Positions 23,721-37,137 of a stretch of 57,094 bases of DNA are shown here, piece after piece (within the stretch, counting starts at the first letter, position 1; each line of letters begins with the position of its first letter). Position numbers and translations under genes: made by a program. The stretch is from NCBI RefSeq assembly GCF_001194135.2, contig NC_068990.1, positions 2,243,996 to 2,301,089 on the forward strand, in the 5' to 3' direction. This DNA is from Octopus bimaculoides. Lineage: Eukaryota. Below the pieces are notes generated by a model. It did no database searches and had not been told where the DNA came from. It saw only the letters and a list, made by a program, of their open reading frames with translations.

Positions 23721-26700
23721 GTTCAAATATTAACAGTTCCAAGCATTATAACTTTCACAATATCCAACAGTAGGCAGACAAAATCCAGTGAAGAAGCTGA
23801 AATTGTTACTGTTTGTATTCTGTAGGAGGTACTGCTTTTTTTTTACATTCCTATTCAATTGTGAATCTATTGCTTAGTATAGGTATTATTGGTGCCAGAA
23901 AAACTTTAGCCCATCTCTTTATCCAGAAATAGCAATCATAACGCTATAGTTAAACTGCGTGTTCTTCAGTGACTTGGGAAAAGGTAGACCATGTATCATA
24001 CTCAACTACAAACCTCTATCATACTGTAGGTATGTACAACTGACAGCCCTAGCTTTAAGACTTACAAATGTACTGCACAAAGGTGGCAAACATTTTCAAT
24101 CTTTTAGGAACATATAATTCATCAGACTACAAAACAATTCTCTAAATATGATATAAAAAGAAAAACAAAACAGAAACTCAAACTATATGCATTAAACAAA
24201 AATGCAACTTCAATCATTTTTATATCCTCAGGTCTAAAACCAGATCTACGTTTCTTACAGGTACGATAATTTAGATACGATATCTGTCGGAGCAGCGAAA
24301 CGCATCGAAACAAGCATTGAGTATAAAGACACAACATGTATATCTAGATTAGTTTACTCTCAAATATTATCAGTCAGAATGTAAGATGTATTTTTCTTGT
24401 AGATTTCATGCAGTGTGCGTGCCAAGATACAAAATACCAATCTTTTTTAACTGCCGTGTAGTCTCAGATGCTTCCTCTAAATTATCCAGTGTTAGTTCTT
24501 TCATTAATTTTAATTTTTCACATAGGCGCAGCAACAACAAAATAATGCACTTAATTTATAATAGTTATAATCTTTTGTAGCGATGCGGAATATAGGATGT
24601 AATATAATTCAATAAACCTTACCAGAAGTCAAATACAGTAATCGAATACAAGTAGCGAGCAGAAAGAATACAGGAAAGTAAACTTAAAGGGACCTATAAA
24701 TATAAACTGGATCGCGCAACTTTCGGACTTTTGTTCTTTTAGGATACCTACACCTTAGCAGTACAAACTGTTAACTAAGTAATCAAGTTATTTCTCTTTA
24801 AAGTCCTTTATTGAACAGCAGTTAGATGGCCGTGAAGGTTAAACTTGGCGTGTGCTTTAGTGTGATAAATGTGATAAAAAATCCCATTTCGTAGCTCAAA
24901 TAAAGCTATACTTTAACTCTGCGTCCTAAATCTGTTTTTCATCTTTTTTTAGATTTTAGATTGGTACAATTAATGCTGTCAAGTTAGAAGTAAATTAATC
25001 ACACTAATTTAGCCACGATAATGAGCACCGTAATTCTGTAACAGTGCTGTGCTCAACACTTGCGATGTCAATAATTTCACATAGAATAACACTGCTTTAA
25101 CGACATTTTGATAGCGTAGGATTAACCCAGTACGGTTTCAGTAAAATAGTATTTGCATTTGCATCCATTAAATGTGCGTTCATCATGTGCTGTCAGTGTT
25201 GCTAGGCATCTTTATAAAGTTGCTTTTAGTTGAGCTTCGCTAGCATTATTGACGCCGTCTGATGCGTTTACTACACTGTTGTTCTAAAGAACGTGCTGTA
25301 GGTAATGTTGTTTCAGTATTTTTAAATGCCGTCTATTTTCAAGCACTTAGTGTAGATATGTTTGCGCAGCTGACTCTTGTTATGTAAATTTCTATTGCTT
25401 CGTCGTAAAGTTTATTTAGAAATAACTGGTTACGGTTGTCTTGAGAAACGCATGTCTTAAATTATTTTATGCAGTTTTTTTACTTCCTTAATGCTATTAC
25501 ATGTGGCCTTTATTTTCATTAACAGTTTTGGATGGCTTGTATATTGGCGGTATTTTTGGTGCAATGTACGATATTGATTACATTGGCGCACAACGATCCA
25601 TTAACTTATTTCAGCACGCTCCTTTGGAAAGGCTTCAAGACAAAAGACCCAAGAGGTTGCGTTGGCCCTGATACCTTTTTACTACTATGTTATATCAATA
25701 TTGTTTCAGCTTCCTTAAGATAGTTAAGATAGTTTCATGTATTCTCTTTCTTCAATTCAAGGGCATGATATTTCATGTAAAACGGCATTCTTCTTTAAAC
25801 TTGGATGACAGCCTATTCTTCGCTGTTGCTTGATACTTCTCTTTTATTTTGTATGTCGTAATTTTCCAAGTTCATTGAACTGTTTTTTACTTATTCCAAA
25901 TTGCCTACATTTATATCTCTCGGGGAGAGCTGATACCATTGTCCTAATAATATAATGCACAGCAGAGGAAATTTTCTGACAGCTTACAAAGGATCATAAT
26001 GACTTTTTTATAATTGATCACATAAATCTTTTCCCATTAATATTACAGATGTCGTTTAGTAGTAACTCAACATAATCACGAAAGTTACCAGGGACAGTAC
26101 GTCGCATATAAATATCTCTTCACGGTTTAGAACATCTCTGATGAATATTTCACTCTAATCAAATGAAGTTGAATTAAAGTGTGTGCTAACTAGATTTTCT
26201 GACTTCGGTACATAGTCTCCTGTTTTGATTGATACAAATCTCCACGATTATTTACAATGTAATGGCAATAGAAACATACTCTAGTTATCCGGTTTACCTC
26301 ATCGTTTTCTAATTAAGACAAGAAAAAATCTCTGAATTCTGTTCTACAAATCACCACTCATAGAGTGCTTTTACCTCTGTGTGTTCACAATTACTACCAT
26401 ACAGCGTGACTTAAACATCGCGATGTTTAAGTTGGAAAAACATAATTACCGTCTAATTTTGAAGTTTTGATACAGTTACAAGAACCATACTTCATTAATT
26501 TTTCGGTTACATCTTTGTATAATTATTGTTTTAGAAATATCTTGATCACAATATCTTGAATTTTTTTCAAGCATAAACGTATTATTTACTTAGTGGTTGC
26601 GATTTTGAAAATAACGTTACTTCTAAGAAAATCCACTTGTAAATGGTAGCGTTTGGTTCACGGCTCTCATTGGCAAGAAGAGAGACAGCTGCATCGGAAA

Positions 26701-26897
26701 GTCTTGTGTAGAAGTGGCACGAGACTAACGGACTTAGAAGAGAAGAAACCACAGGAGAGGCGGTCATGTACTTTTAGGCCGGCTGCGATTGCATTGATTA
26801 TAATCAATGCAATTAGCAACCACTTGATGCCAATCAGTTTCACTGACTTTTTGTGTTACCTAGCATATCGTCACAATATATATATATATATATATAG

Positions 26898-26961
<64 letters not shown>

Positions 26962-26988
26962 NNNNNNNNNNNNNNNNNNNNNNNTATG

Positions 26989-27029
<41 letters not shown>

Positions 27030-29104
27030 GTGTGCAACAAACAAGATCTATTTGTTTGTAGAGTTTTCTTTTGTGTTTAAACAACACCAGTATTTACTGC
27101 TTCGAAATTTGTTCTTCTGAGAAGAGTTCTTCCTCCATACTGTTTGGAGACATATCTCATTAAGGTGACAGGACAATTTCTTTATAAATTTTATACAAAC
27201 CTTCAATAAATTTTCTGATTTTATTACTGCATCTCAGGGCAACATGCTTTTCTATTACATTTTATTTTTACTTTACAACCAATGAGAATATCTTTCCAAT
27301 AATCTATATTCTTTCAGTATAATTTCTTCTGCTGTTATTTGTTTTCTTCGCATCAATGCACAGGCTACCGTCAGGCTGCAGCATTGTCTTCAACGGTTTT
27401 AGTCAATTGTATCGACCATAGTCTTTATTCAAGTTGAGCATTTTCTTAGCCAATTTATTCTTAACGATTGCTTCAGTAAGCCCATTTACGAAATAAATAA
27501 CAATAAAAAAGAAAAACCGCAGGAATTTTGATCGCACACACAGCAAAACATATGTGAGTCAGTGTATTTGTGTGTGAGCATGTGTGTATGCGTTTGTGAG
27601 ATCACGACGAGCTTCAAGAGTGTCTGGCGTCCTCTCAAAAGCTTTGTATATAGTATAATCAACATGTACAAAGATACGGCACTGAAAGAACGAACAAAAC
27701 ACATGTGATAACGAAATGAACTTCACACAGATGCACATACATGCTCGTATATATATATATATATATATATNNNNNNNNNNNNNNNNNNNNNNNNNNNNNN
27801 NNNNNNNNNNNNNNNNNNNNNNNNNNNNNNNNNNNNNNNNNNNNNNNNNNNNNNNNNNNNNNNNNNNTATATATATGACTATTCTTTCTAATATATTATG
27901 AATACATCCTCTCGTATGCAGCAATGCTATAGTCTGTTAGATACGAGAAAATTAATATAAAGAAATAAGTAAATAAATGAATATATAATCAAATAAAGGA
28001 AGCAGGATTTTTGGTAAAAGTTCAAAAGAGAGGAGAAATCAAAGTTGTGATGTTAGCATAGCAAAACTGTTGAATATAGTAATTTGAATATGTCTTTCAG
28101 GAATTTTCATCTGTCTAAAGAATGGTGTGTTTGGAAATGAAAACAATCGAGATATTCTGTATAACTGGCAGTCAAACTAGTTTTGCAAATAGCTGTAAAT
28201 AGAAAATTTGGATTGGCGAAATTACAAAGATGAAATATATTGTAGTTTATGAATAATAAATTTTTCTGCTTTTGACAGTAAAATTTATGTTAGAAGGAAA
28301 TAGAAAAATAGATCTGTTTCTTATTTCCTGTTGACTCGGAGGCGTTTGGCAGCGAGTAAGACCTTGTTTACGAATAGAAGCACTTAAGATCGAAATCAAA
28401 TGAAAGATCCGTATGACTGCGCCGTTGTGAGGTTTTCAATCAATGGTCAGCTGGGTAGGTTAGTACAATTTGTATGTGTAATGGGTGTGTTTAAGATAAC
28501 CATTGATTCATGAGACGAAAAGAGGTTTAAATAAACAATTTACTCTTTAAAGAAACAACTGCTACTGCTGTTGTTGTTGCTGCTGCTGCTGCCGCCACTG
28601 CCTTGGCTATTGCTGCTGCGTCGAACGCTCTAACTACTGCTGACACATATCATTACCACTTCACTGTTTCCTTTCATTATTTTTCTCATGCACATGTAGG
28701 TTATTCTTGAGTGTTTCTCCAGAAATCAATTTTGAGATAGCTGCAGAGTACTGGAAATGGTAGCCATGCATGGTTAATTACACGTTCCCACTAACACCTC
28801 GAAACAAAGGCGTACTTGTGTGTCTTTCTTTATTAAAAGACCTCTTCTACAGGAAATCTGTATTAAATACCGATCAGTCTATTTGTGAGAGGTGAGGATA
28901 GCGGAAACGTTCGAAGTGCAAGACATTATAACTAGGTTTCCCTTAAGACACAGACAATAATCTTTAAAGGCGGAAAGTTGCGGGTCATATGGTACTAGTA
29001 ATGCTGGTTAACACAAGAAATGGGACTGCTATAACACAGCTAACCTGGACTTAAATAAAAATAAGAAGGACGACGGCCTTTAATACTCGAAATAACGATA
29101 AACA

Positions 29105-29317
29105 AAATCCTTTCTACTATAAGTACACGGCCTGAAATTTGGAGGGTGGAGGGAATAAGTCGATTACATCAACCCCAAACAAGTACATATTTTATCGACC
29201 ACGACAGATGGAAGGCAAGTCGACTTCGGCGGAATTTGAACTCAGAACGTAGATATGGACAAAATGCCGCTAAACATTTTGCCCGGCGTGCTGACAACTC
29301 TGCCACCTCACTGCCTT
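29105..29317 (-). mobile_element. SINE family B, full-length
   Basis: Reverse complement of the family B sequence, directly abutting (AAT)n. Confidence 0.92.
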
Positions 29318-29330
29318 AATAATAATAATA

Positions 29331-29379
<49 letters not shown>
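29318..29379. repeat. (AAT)n microsatellite
   Basis: direct reading. Confidence 0.97.
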
Positions 29380-29382
<3 letters not shown>

Positions 29383-29856
29383 TCTATGGGAGGAGGAGCT
29401 AGTTGATTACATCGGCCCCCAGNNNNNNNNNNNNNNNNNNNNNNNNNNNNNNNNNNNNNNNNNNNNNNNNNNNNNNNNNNNNNNNNNNNNNNNNNNNNNN
29501 NNNNNNNNNNNNNNNNNNNNNNNNNNNNNNNNNNNNNNNNNNNNNNNNNNNNNNNNNNNNNNNNNNNNNNNNNNNNNNNNNNNNNNNNNNNNNNNNNNNN
29601 NNNNNNNNNNNNNNNNNNNNNNNNNNNNNNNNNNNNNNNNNNNNNNNNNNNNNNNNNNNNNNNNNNNNNNNNNNNNNNNNNNNNNNNNNNNNNNNNNNNN
29701 NNNNNNNNNNNNNNNNNNNNNNNNNNNNNNNNNNNNNNNNNNNNNNNNNNNNNNNNNNNNNNNNNNNNNNNNNNNNNNNNNCTTCTTCTTCTTCTTCTTC
29801 TTCTTCTTCTTTTTCTTCTTCTTTCTTCTTCTTAACATAATAATACTGCTAATAAT

Positions 29857-30062
29857 ATTCCTTTCTACTACAGGCACAAGGCCTGACATTTGTAGTGATT
29901 TGATTATATTGACCCCCAGTACGCAACTGGTACTTATTTAATCAAACGCAAAAGGATGATAGGCAAAGTCAACCGCGGCGGAATTTGAACTCAAAAGGTG
30001 AAGAAGGACGAAATACCAAGCATTTAACTCGGCGTGCTAACGATTCCGCCAGCTGACTCCCT

Positions 30063-30063
<1 letters not shown>
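29857..30063 (-). mobile_element. SINE family B, full-length
   Basis: tcctttctactacaggcacaaggcctg...ggcggaatttgaactc...cgccagctgactccctt, followed by (AAT)n at 30065-30122. Confidence 0.92.
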
Positions 30064-30126
<63 letters not shown>

Positions 30127-33100
30127 TAACAACAACACCAACAACAACCAATACTTACACAAAACAAATAAAAGATCCAAGAGGAACCTATCAACTATCC
30201 AATTAATTTAACATCTTTTTCAATTACTGTGCTATGAACATAGCCACTAAGTGGTTGTGTCACGTACTGGAAATGACAACGAACTTCCTAAAATTACCTC
30301 CTACCATCTAAAATATGATCATATAACATAATGTAATCTTATATGGGACAACTACGAATAGTGTGGCTGGAGTTAATTTTCACTAACAACTACATTGATC
30401 ATTTAAGTTTGGACATGAATTTTCAGCTCCAGTCGCTATAATTTCGGATAGAATGCCTCGCGAAAGTTTTGTGATAATTTAAGATCTGACTTCCAATCCA
30501 TCGAGTTTGCTTTACCCTGTCACTATTTCAGGGTCACTAAACAATGTACTACTAGTTCAGATTCTCATTCTTCTGTCTAGCCTAAGTGCTCTCTCTTCCT
30601 CTGTAAGAGACCTGAAGAAATAAGGCTCTCGCAAGGATGAGATGTCTAAGTCATGCCGTACGTCACAACGGCAACCTTGAAATTCTATCGGGAGAAAAAG
30701 GCCCAAGGTAAGTTAAGGCAATTGGCATCATGTCTAAAGAGTCTTCCTTGACTTGTGCTCTGAGCAGTCGACATTTTAATATGTGAACCACTTACCCTGT
30801 AATCGTCAGCTGTTCTGACACGTAATCTATGTAAGAATATCAAAAATGATCCGTTGCTTCTTTTCAAGTTCAGTTTTGTGTTTCCGGCCAATGCCGCCAC
30901 TATCTGTCAGACATTTGGAATCGTCTACACAGGCTTTTAGAAGCCTATCCCAGGAAAGAAAACATTACAGAAATGAAATCCTGGAGAAGCCCAACAGAAC
31001 GGAAGCAATGAATGAAAATTAGCAACTGCTAAAACTTCTGAGCTAATTGTAGTGGTTTGCTATGCCTACATGGAATGTAATACCGCTATAGTATAACTGA
31101 GACCTTGCTTCCATGGGATGAAACACACCTAATTACATACAATTAGAAAAGCTGACACTATACGAGAATATCCCGTTCAATTCACAAACATTTACCGCGA
31201 AGTCAAACATAAGCTCAATAAAATACACATATGATAATAAATAAAATACAGGTATTATAATAAATAACTTAGCGTTAAAGAAACGACACAAAACCATCAG
31301 GAAATTGGATATGATTTAAATTCCTTTTTTGCTATCAAAATAAATGCTGGCAATAACTGCTGAAATGTCTTCCCAATTTGCCACAACTAAATATACATAC
31401 CAATGCAAAATATAGACGCTGAATGCTAAATTTGCGGTTTGCTTTGATAACACGAACACCGAAATTCTGTTACATATGCTGAACTGGCCACTTCAGAATA
31501 TATTATACATAACAATGAAGTTACTTGTCTCCAATGGAAATTATGCAACGAAAAATAAAAACAAAGCTCTACCAACTGTATTTTGGTAGGAGTATTCCCC
31601 AGAGGCTGTTGTGAAAAATAAAATAGCATGATGTAATACTTTGTACTATGTAAATATATACAGATAAGAATAGAGGAATGAAGCTCTATTGTATAAAAGT
31701 CATTAAATCCAAGACTTGTAAAAATATTGATATCGTTTGCCAGACAGGCAATTACTTCTCAGTAAAGAAAAATGGAAAATAATTCTCTAAATATAAACAG
31801 TGTAAATAGAAATATCGATAATATTTAACATAGACAAAAGAATATGCCTTCTAATTATAGGCCTGTTGGGATGTGGAAAGCATGATAGAAAGCAGAAAAA
31901 TCGAAGGCCTAACATGTAAATTCTTTGATATATAAAGTTGAGAAGATGATACCCTGGGAATTGAAGACATTTTGCAAAGACTTTTATCAATAAAGAAATG
32001 CTGAAAACAACAAATCTAATCTAGCAACATAAAAGATACGGAATGGCTTCCGGAGAATAAAGTAATGCTACTGTAAATGAAACAATATAGTCATTTTACA
32101 GAGCTAATACATCTCGGATACGCAAGTTAAAAATATGTTTGTTGTTATAGCATCACTGGGAGCAACGCCCTGACAATAGTTCAATAGATTGTGAGATATT
32201 ATGAGAGATATACCTAGAACAGATTTACTGAATATATTGTTTTTATCTATCCTAGATGAATATTATGGAACTTCCTTTGAGAAATGTTGCTTTTGTTTAG
32301 CGTGAGATGAAGCTCTGATCACGTCAGCCTATGATCAAAGTCTTTCAACATATGACCATCCCGTATTTATTCATTTGTTGGATAACTTGGCTACAGCATC
32401 TAATTCATCCTTTTGTGATTTGAGGGATATTTGACTGGTACTATTGGCATATGAAGGCACTGTGTAAAGGCTCTATCATTGGCTCCTTTGGAGTTAAATA
32501 TACGCGGCCTCAAGTAATCATAAGCCATGCAATGTAGAACAAAAGAAACAGAACCAAATGCACAAGTACATGGAATCGAGATGATAAAATAAGCATAAAA
32601 AAGAGGAAAAGCAGCAGAAGAGCACAATCAATGTATGTAGCAAGTATAGTCTCAATATTAGATATAATATTATTGATAAAATACACCAAGTAGCTTCATC
32701 ATAAATTGCAGCTTCAATATATTTCATTTGCAGATGTATTTTTCCATGGAACCCAGAAAATCGCACAATCGGATTTTTGTAAGTTAACACACTCAAGGAT
32801 AGAATATAGTTACTACGCACATAAATAGGAGGAAGAAGGATGATTCAGATTAAAAAGAAAACAGCTGGAAATTAACTACAGCAATTATAAAAAATAAACA
32901 CTGTGCGGCAAAAATAAACAAAAAACAATAAACTCATAAATACAACAGTATAAGAACGATTATGCAAAATAAGAAAACAGAAGGAAAACTCATTAGAATG
33001 AGAACTAGAATAGAGAAGTACAAAGCAAAAGAGAAGTTAAGGAAAAGATAACATGAAAACCGAAGTGTTGATAAATGTTAAAAACGCGTAAGTGGATTAA

Positions 33101-33872
33101 ACCCCCCCCCCAATATTTCCATGTTAGAAGAAATAAAATTGTTGCAATACGAAAGCGACGAATAATTTCTAAGTCATTCGGGTAGAAATAGAGAACATGT
33201 TGAGGTATATGATATCATCGCCAAGGAACAGCGAGTCAAATACAGTAAATAAATAAAATAATATTGCAAGAGTCTAACTGTTATGGTAGACAACATGAAC
33301 ATATTAGCTATCTAGTCAATATCCCACGTATATAGATTGCAAAAGAAAACATTCACAAATATGAAACTTGATCTTTATTGTAGAAAATTCTACATTTAAA
33401 TAAAAATTGTTATAAGTTCGCACCAGACCCCACACTTAAAAATAGCATGGGAACTACACACTGTACCATATCATAATCAAATATAAGAAAAGACTATCAA
33501 TTCTGATAGTCTGGCTGTTTTCCGATTAATATTTCGCCCATAAATAGACGAATTAAAAAAGAAGGGGAAATTACTAGCAAGAACATAGCATGCAATAACA
33601 TAAAAGTGAAACCTGACGAATTCTTATAGCAATAGCTGAGGGTAGATATAAACATGTGAAAGGTAGAGTAGCGGGAGAATGTTCACCAGCATGCTACGTG
33701 TATTTGGAGGAATATGAAATTTCAAATTGCTTATGACGCTAAAACTAAATGTAATAAGCAAAGTTAGGAGCTCCAGAGCTCATTAAGATCATTGATGATT
33801 AGGTGGAGTTACAGAGTGTCCTGGTCCGGCCGTAGCTGATATTTTTGTCAACACTTGTGTTACTATAGAAAG

Positions 33873-33873
<1 letters not shown>

Positions 33874-33933
<60 letters not shown>

Positions 33934-33941
33934 GTTATTAT
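33874..33941. repeat. (ATT)n/(TAA)n tract at the 3' end of the Dong-like element
   Basis: direct reading. Confidence 0.95.
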
Positions 33942-35263
33942 AGACGGCGCACAGTATACAATATTCTGAGGTTGTTGATTGAAGATATCGTATCTACCGA
34001 GGGTTTGTACTGTTTATCAAGTCACAATAAGGACATCAAACAGACAGCACTTTACGCAATATGCGTGCAGTTACAAGTAATGCCGACTTTTGCAATGCAT
34101 CTAGATCGTAGTGTATCTGTAAAGTTTTCAGACGTATATTTTCAGATTGGGTGGTATTGAACCAACTGCTCCAATGACAATAGGAAAAACCTTTAGGTTC
34201 GACTCTCGTAGCTGCCGCATCCTAATGATCTCAATTCTCAGCTCTCCATATTTATCAACTTTTTCTGTTTTTTATGATGATATGTCGATCTCCTGGCACT
34301 GCTACGTCGTTTATTAGGTACTCTTGTTTGTCCTTCCTAAAGGTTACTATATCCGGCCTTCGGTGCTGTAATACCTTGTCTCGCTGGAAGTCAAACTCCA
34401 AAGGATTTTTGCCTTTCCCTTTTCGTTCATTACCGTTTCTGATGTAGGTTGGTACCAAGCACCCGTAACCTCATATCCATACTTACGGCATAGTAGCTAG
34501 TGGAGGGATTGGGCTACTTTGTCGTGCCTACGCTTGTACTCTTTCTGGGCAAGACTTTCACAAGCACTAAGAATGTGAATCACGCTTTCGATCCTCTTCC
34601 CACACATTCTGCAGAAGTCCAATACACTTCAGTGGTATATGTTCTTTTTCGCTGAGTTGGTATTCAATGCCTGGTCTTGGACCGCGATGATTAAGCTTTC
34701 AGTATTCTTTGTAAGGTCACCTTTCTAGAGCTACCTCCATGACGATCTCAAGTCTTTTAATTTGTTGGTTTCACGGTGGAACTGACCATGCAATTTAGTA
34801 CGGAGTAGGAATCTCTTCTCTCTCGCTGGCTGTTCTTGTTCGGAATTCACGAGCATTCTCAAGCCCATTTTTGTTAAATCCTGCACTAGCAGCATACTGT
34901 AGCAGGTCTTCCTTGCTGCTTCAAAGGGTTCATTATTATATCCAAATATTTATCTAGCTTATTTTTCGTCCATATTTTAAATGTTGTGTCTTCATTCTGT
35001 GGTTAGAGGCCTGCTGTAAAATAAGTGTGTAGGATTGAAATATATCGCTCACGTATCCACTTATGCATTTTTAATTTTTTTTGCGTGATGTGAGGAAAAA
35101 ACATCCCATCATTTTCGTAGGGTACCGGTCCGTTCATTCCTGGTGTTAAATGGTTTTGCACGTGTAGTTTATCGTACTTTTTGTGTAATAAGTTTAAATT
35201 ATGTACTTTCTCTTTGTTATACATGGGTTGAATAATGCGGGTATTGTTTAATTTATTTTTCAT
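33941..35263 (-). mobile_element. R4/Dong-like non-LTR retrotransposon (restriction-like endonuclease type), internally deleted
   Basis: C-terminal part 34036-34930 reads KLHGQFHRE, QDQALNT, CRMCG..ESVIHILSAC, RHDKV, RPDIV, INDVAVPGD, DKYGEL, VIGAVG and LQKSALLVTARILRKVLSV*. An N-terminal-like block HKWIRERYISILHTYFTA..TTFKIW lies at 34945-35090. No RT domain is present between them. Confidence 0.88.
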
Positions 35264-36649
35264 TTAATTTTTGTGTATGGAGGTTTGGGACAGAGGTCGT
35301 CTGATGTTGATTTGAGCCGTAATGTGAAGAGCATGTTTACACGTGTTGTACGAGTGACGTAGAGGATATACAGTTAAAATATGTCATTTTATTTGGAAAA
35401 TAGAAATACGTTTTAATGAGTATTACTTACTCGCATATAGCCCAACACTTTGTCAGTTATTTTAAGCTCCATGTGTTGTCTTTATTCCCGATGTTTTTGG
35501 ATAGATTTCGGAGCAGTGTTTTATCGCGCTCACATGTTAAGCGTCACCGGTGTTACTAGTATTAATGTTGTTGTTGCTGTAGTTGTTATATGTTTGGCCT
35601 TTGCTTTGTATTTGTACAATTTGAATCCAGGTCTCGTCCCGAGACCTCAAGAGACAACAAGTCAGAAGTTCTAGTTGGTGTTATGACTATGGATATAACT
35701 TTTTAGTTTTGCACAAAGTATTGTTCAAGAGAATGTCTGTCAAATCAAAATTAGAAGTTAGTTTTAAAAGTAATTTGATTATAAGATGATAGTATGATAT
35801 TAAAACGAGAGTAAAGGGTGTTTGCTTTTATAACAGCTTCATGCAAACGTCTACTGTAGCCATGTACATCTCTGCGTTCCTCATGTCTGTGCAACGTTAT
35901 CTTTGATGAATGCAGAATTGTGTTTTTATAGCACAAATATTACCTCTTGTAGGATCTCTTTCGTTGTTTCTGGTATTACAGCAAAGTTGAAGCATGCTAA
36001 TTATGCCGGGAGTAGGTGTTATAAATGTCAAGTATCAATTATCTAAGAATATTAGTGTTATCTTATTACGTAATAGATGCATAGATTGATATAAATTGTT
36101 GCTGGAGTTGTATTTTATTCTTTTGTGTGTGGCGATTCATTATTATAGGCAAGGTTTTAGCAAGTGATATTTAATAAGGTGAGATTTACATATAGTGTGA
36201 ACTATGTTAGTCTATATTTCGTGTTGATTGTGCAAGTTATGTCTTGTGTTCAAAGTCTGTACAGTGTTAGTTGTACAATTGAACCGAATGGCAACCAAAC
36301 CGAACTCAATCATTCATTTCCATTGTTATGTGACACGTAAATTTGAAGTTATAATATGCAAATCAATTTAGAGCAACACTAAATATAGTTTAAGCATGTT
36401 TGTTTATAGACTTGTAAGTAGAGTTTACAACTGTCAAGCAATGAAATTTGTTAGGAGATTTACGTTCTTCACGTTTATGAGTATTAAATTAGCAAATTAC
36501 ATGTTACAACTTTCTTTATAGTTTCCTAACAGCGTTGAGCAATACACATAACAGCTGCCAGGAACCTTTCATTGAGCATAAGTAAATGAAATTAGTTGAT
36601 TGACTTGTAAAATATACGTAATGAAATGATCAGAATTCGTATTGTAGTC

Positions 36650-37137
36650 CAGGGTGGAGCATAACGATCTCCCACATTGTGAATGAATATAAAAAGAGAA
36701 CACAACCATGCAGGAAAAAGTTTATTATGTTTCTAAAAAGACATAAGAATAGTTTATTTCACTGGGTTTTTAAACTATATAAGGAAAATGGCAGACATTG
36801 TTGGCTATACATTGATGCAGTCTTTCCCGCAAGTTCTCCATGACTCTCTGTTTCATCTCAGGTGGTTTTGCATTTATTTTCTAACGAATCCTCAAGAGTT
36901 AGAGGACGATGTCGGAAAACGTTTTCCTATAGGTACCCTCGACGCAAAAAGTCACAAGGGCTTAAATCTGGTGACCTTGACGGCCACTCCTCGTCTGCCT
37001 CAAAGTTTCTGAGTATTTTAATGATGAATACCAAAATGATAGATCTTAGCCTTCCAAATGAAACCTATCTCGCTTCTCTACTTCTAAATCCACACGGTGC
37101 ATCCTCCAAATTTGGGAGATATTTATATCCCATCATG
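36650..37137 (-). mobile_element. Tc1/mariner (DD37D/DD41D-like) deletion derivative with both TIRs
   Basis: Imperfect 29-bp TIRs (cagggtggagcataacgatctcccacatt versus the reverse complement of the right end, 21/29) and TA at 37138. Internal WPSRSPDLSPCDF...GYL and VMENLRERLHQCI. Confidence 0.85.

Noticed and set aside
28555-28650. Poly-Ala/Gln-like stretch
   Set aside because: Degenerate (GCT/GTT)n repeat, like 48470-48660 and 49040-49160; no splice support
30630-30930. Strong GTAAGT donors on both strands with short open frames
   Set aside because: No consistent acceptor and frame, and no recognisable peptide
31841-33853. RT-like motifs PSNYRPV (31847) and SVLGPAVADIFVN (33815)
   Set aside because: They are about 1950 bp apart, against roughly 400 bp expected in one CR1/L2 RT, and no YADD motif was found. 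They may be separate old fragments but cannot be supported as one element.
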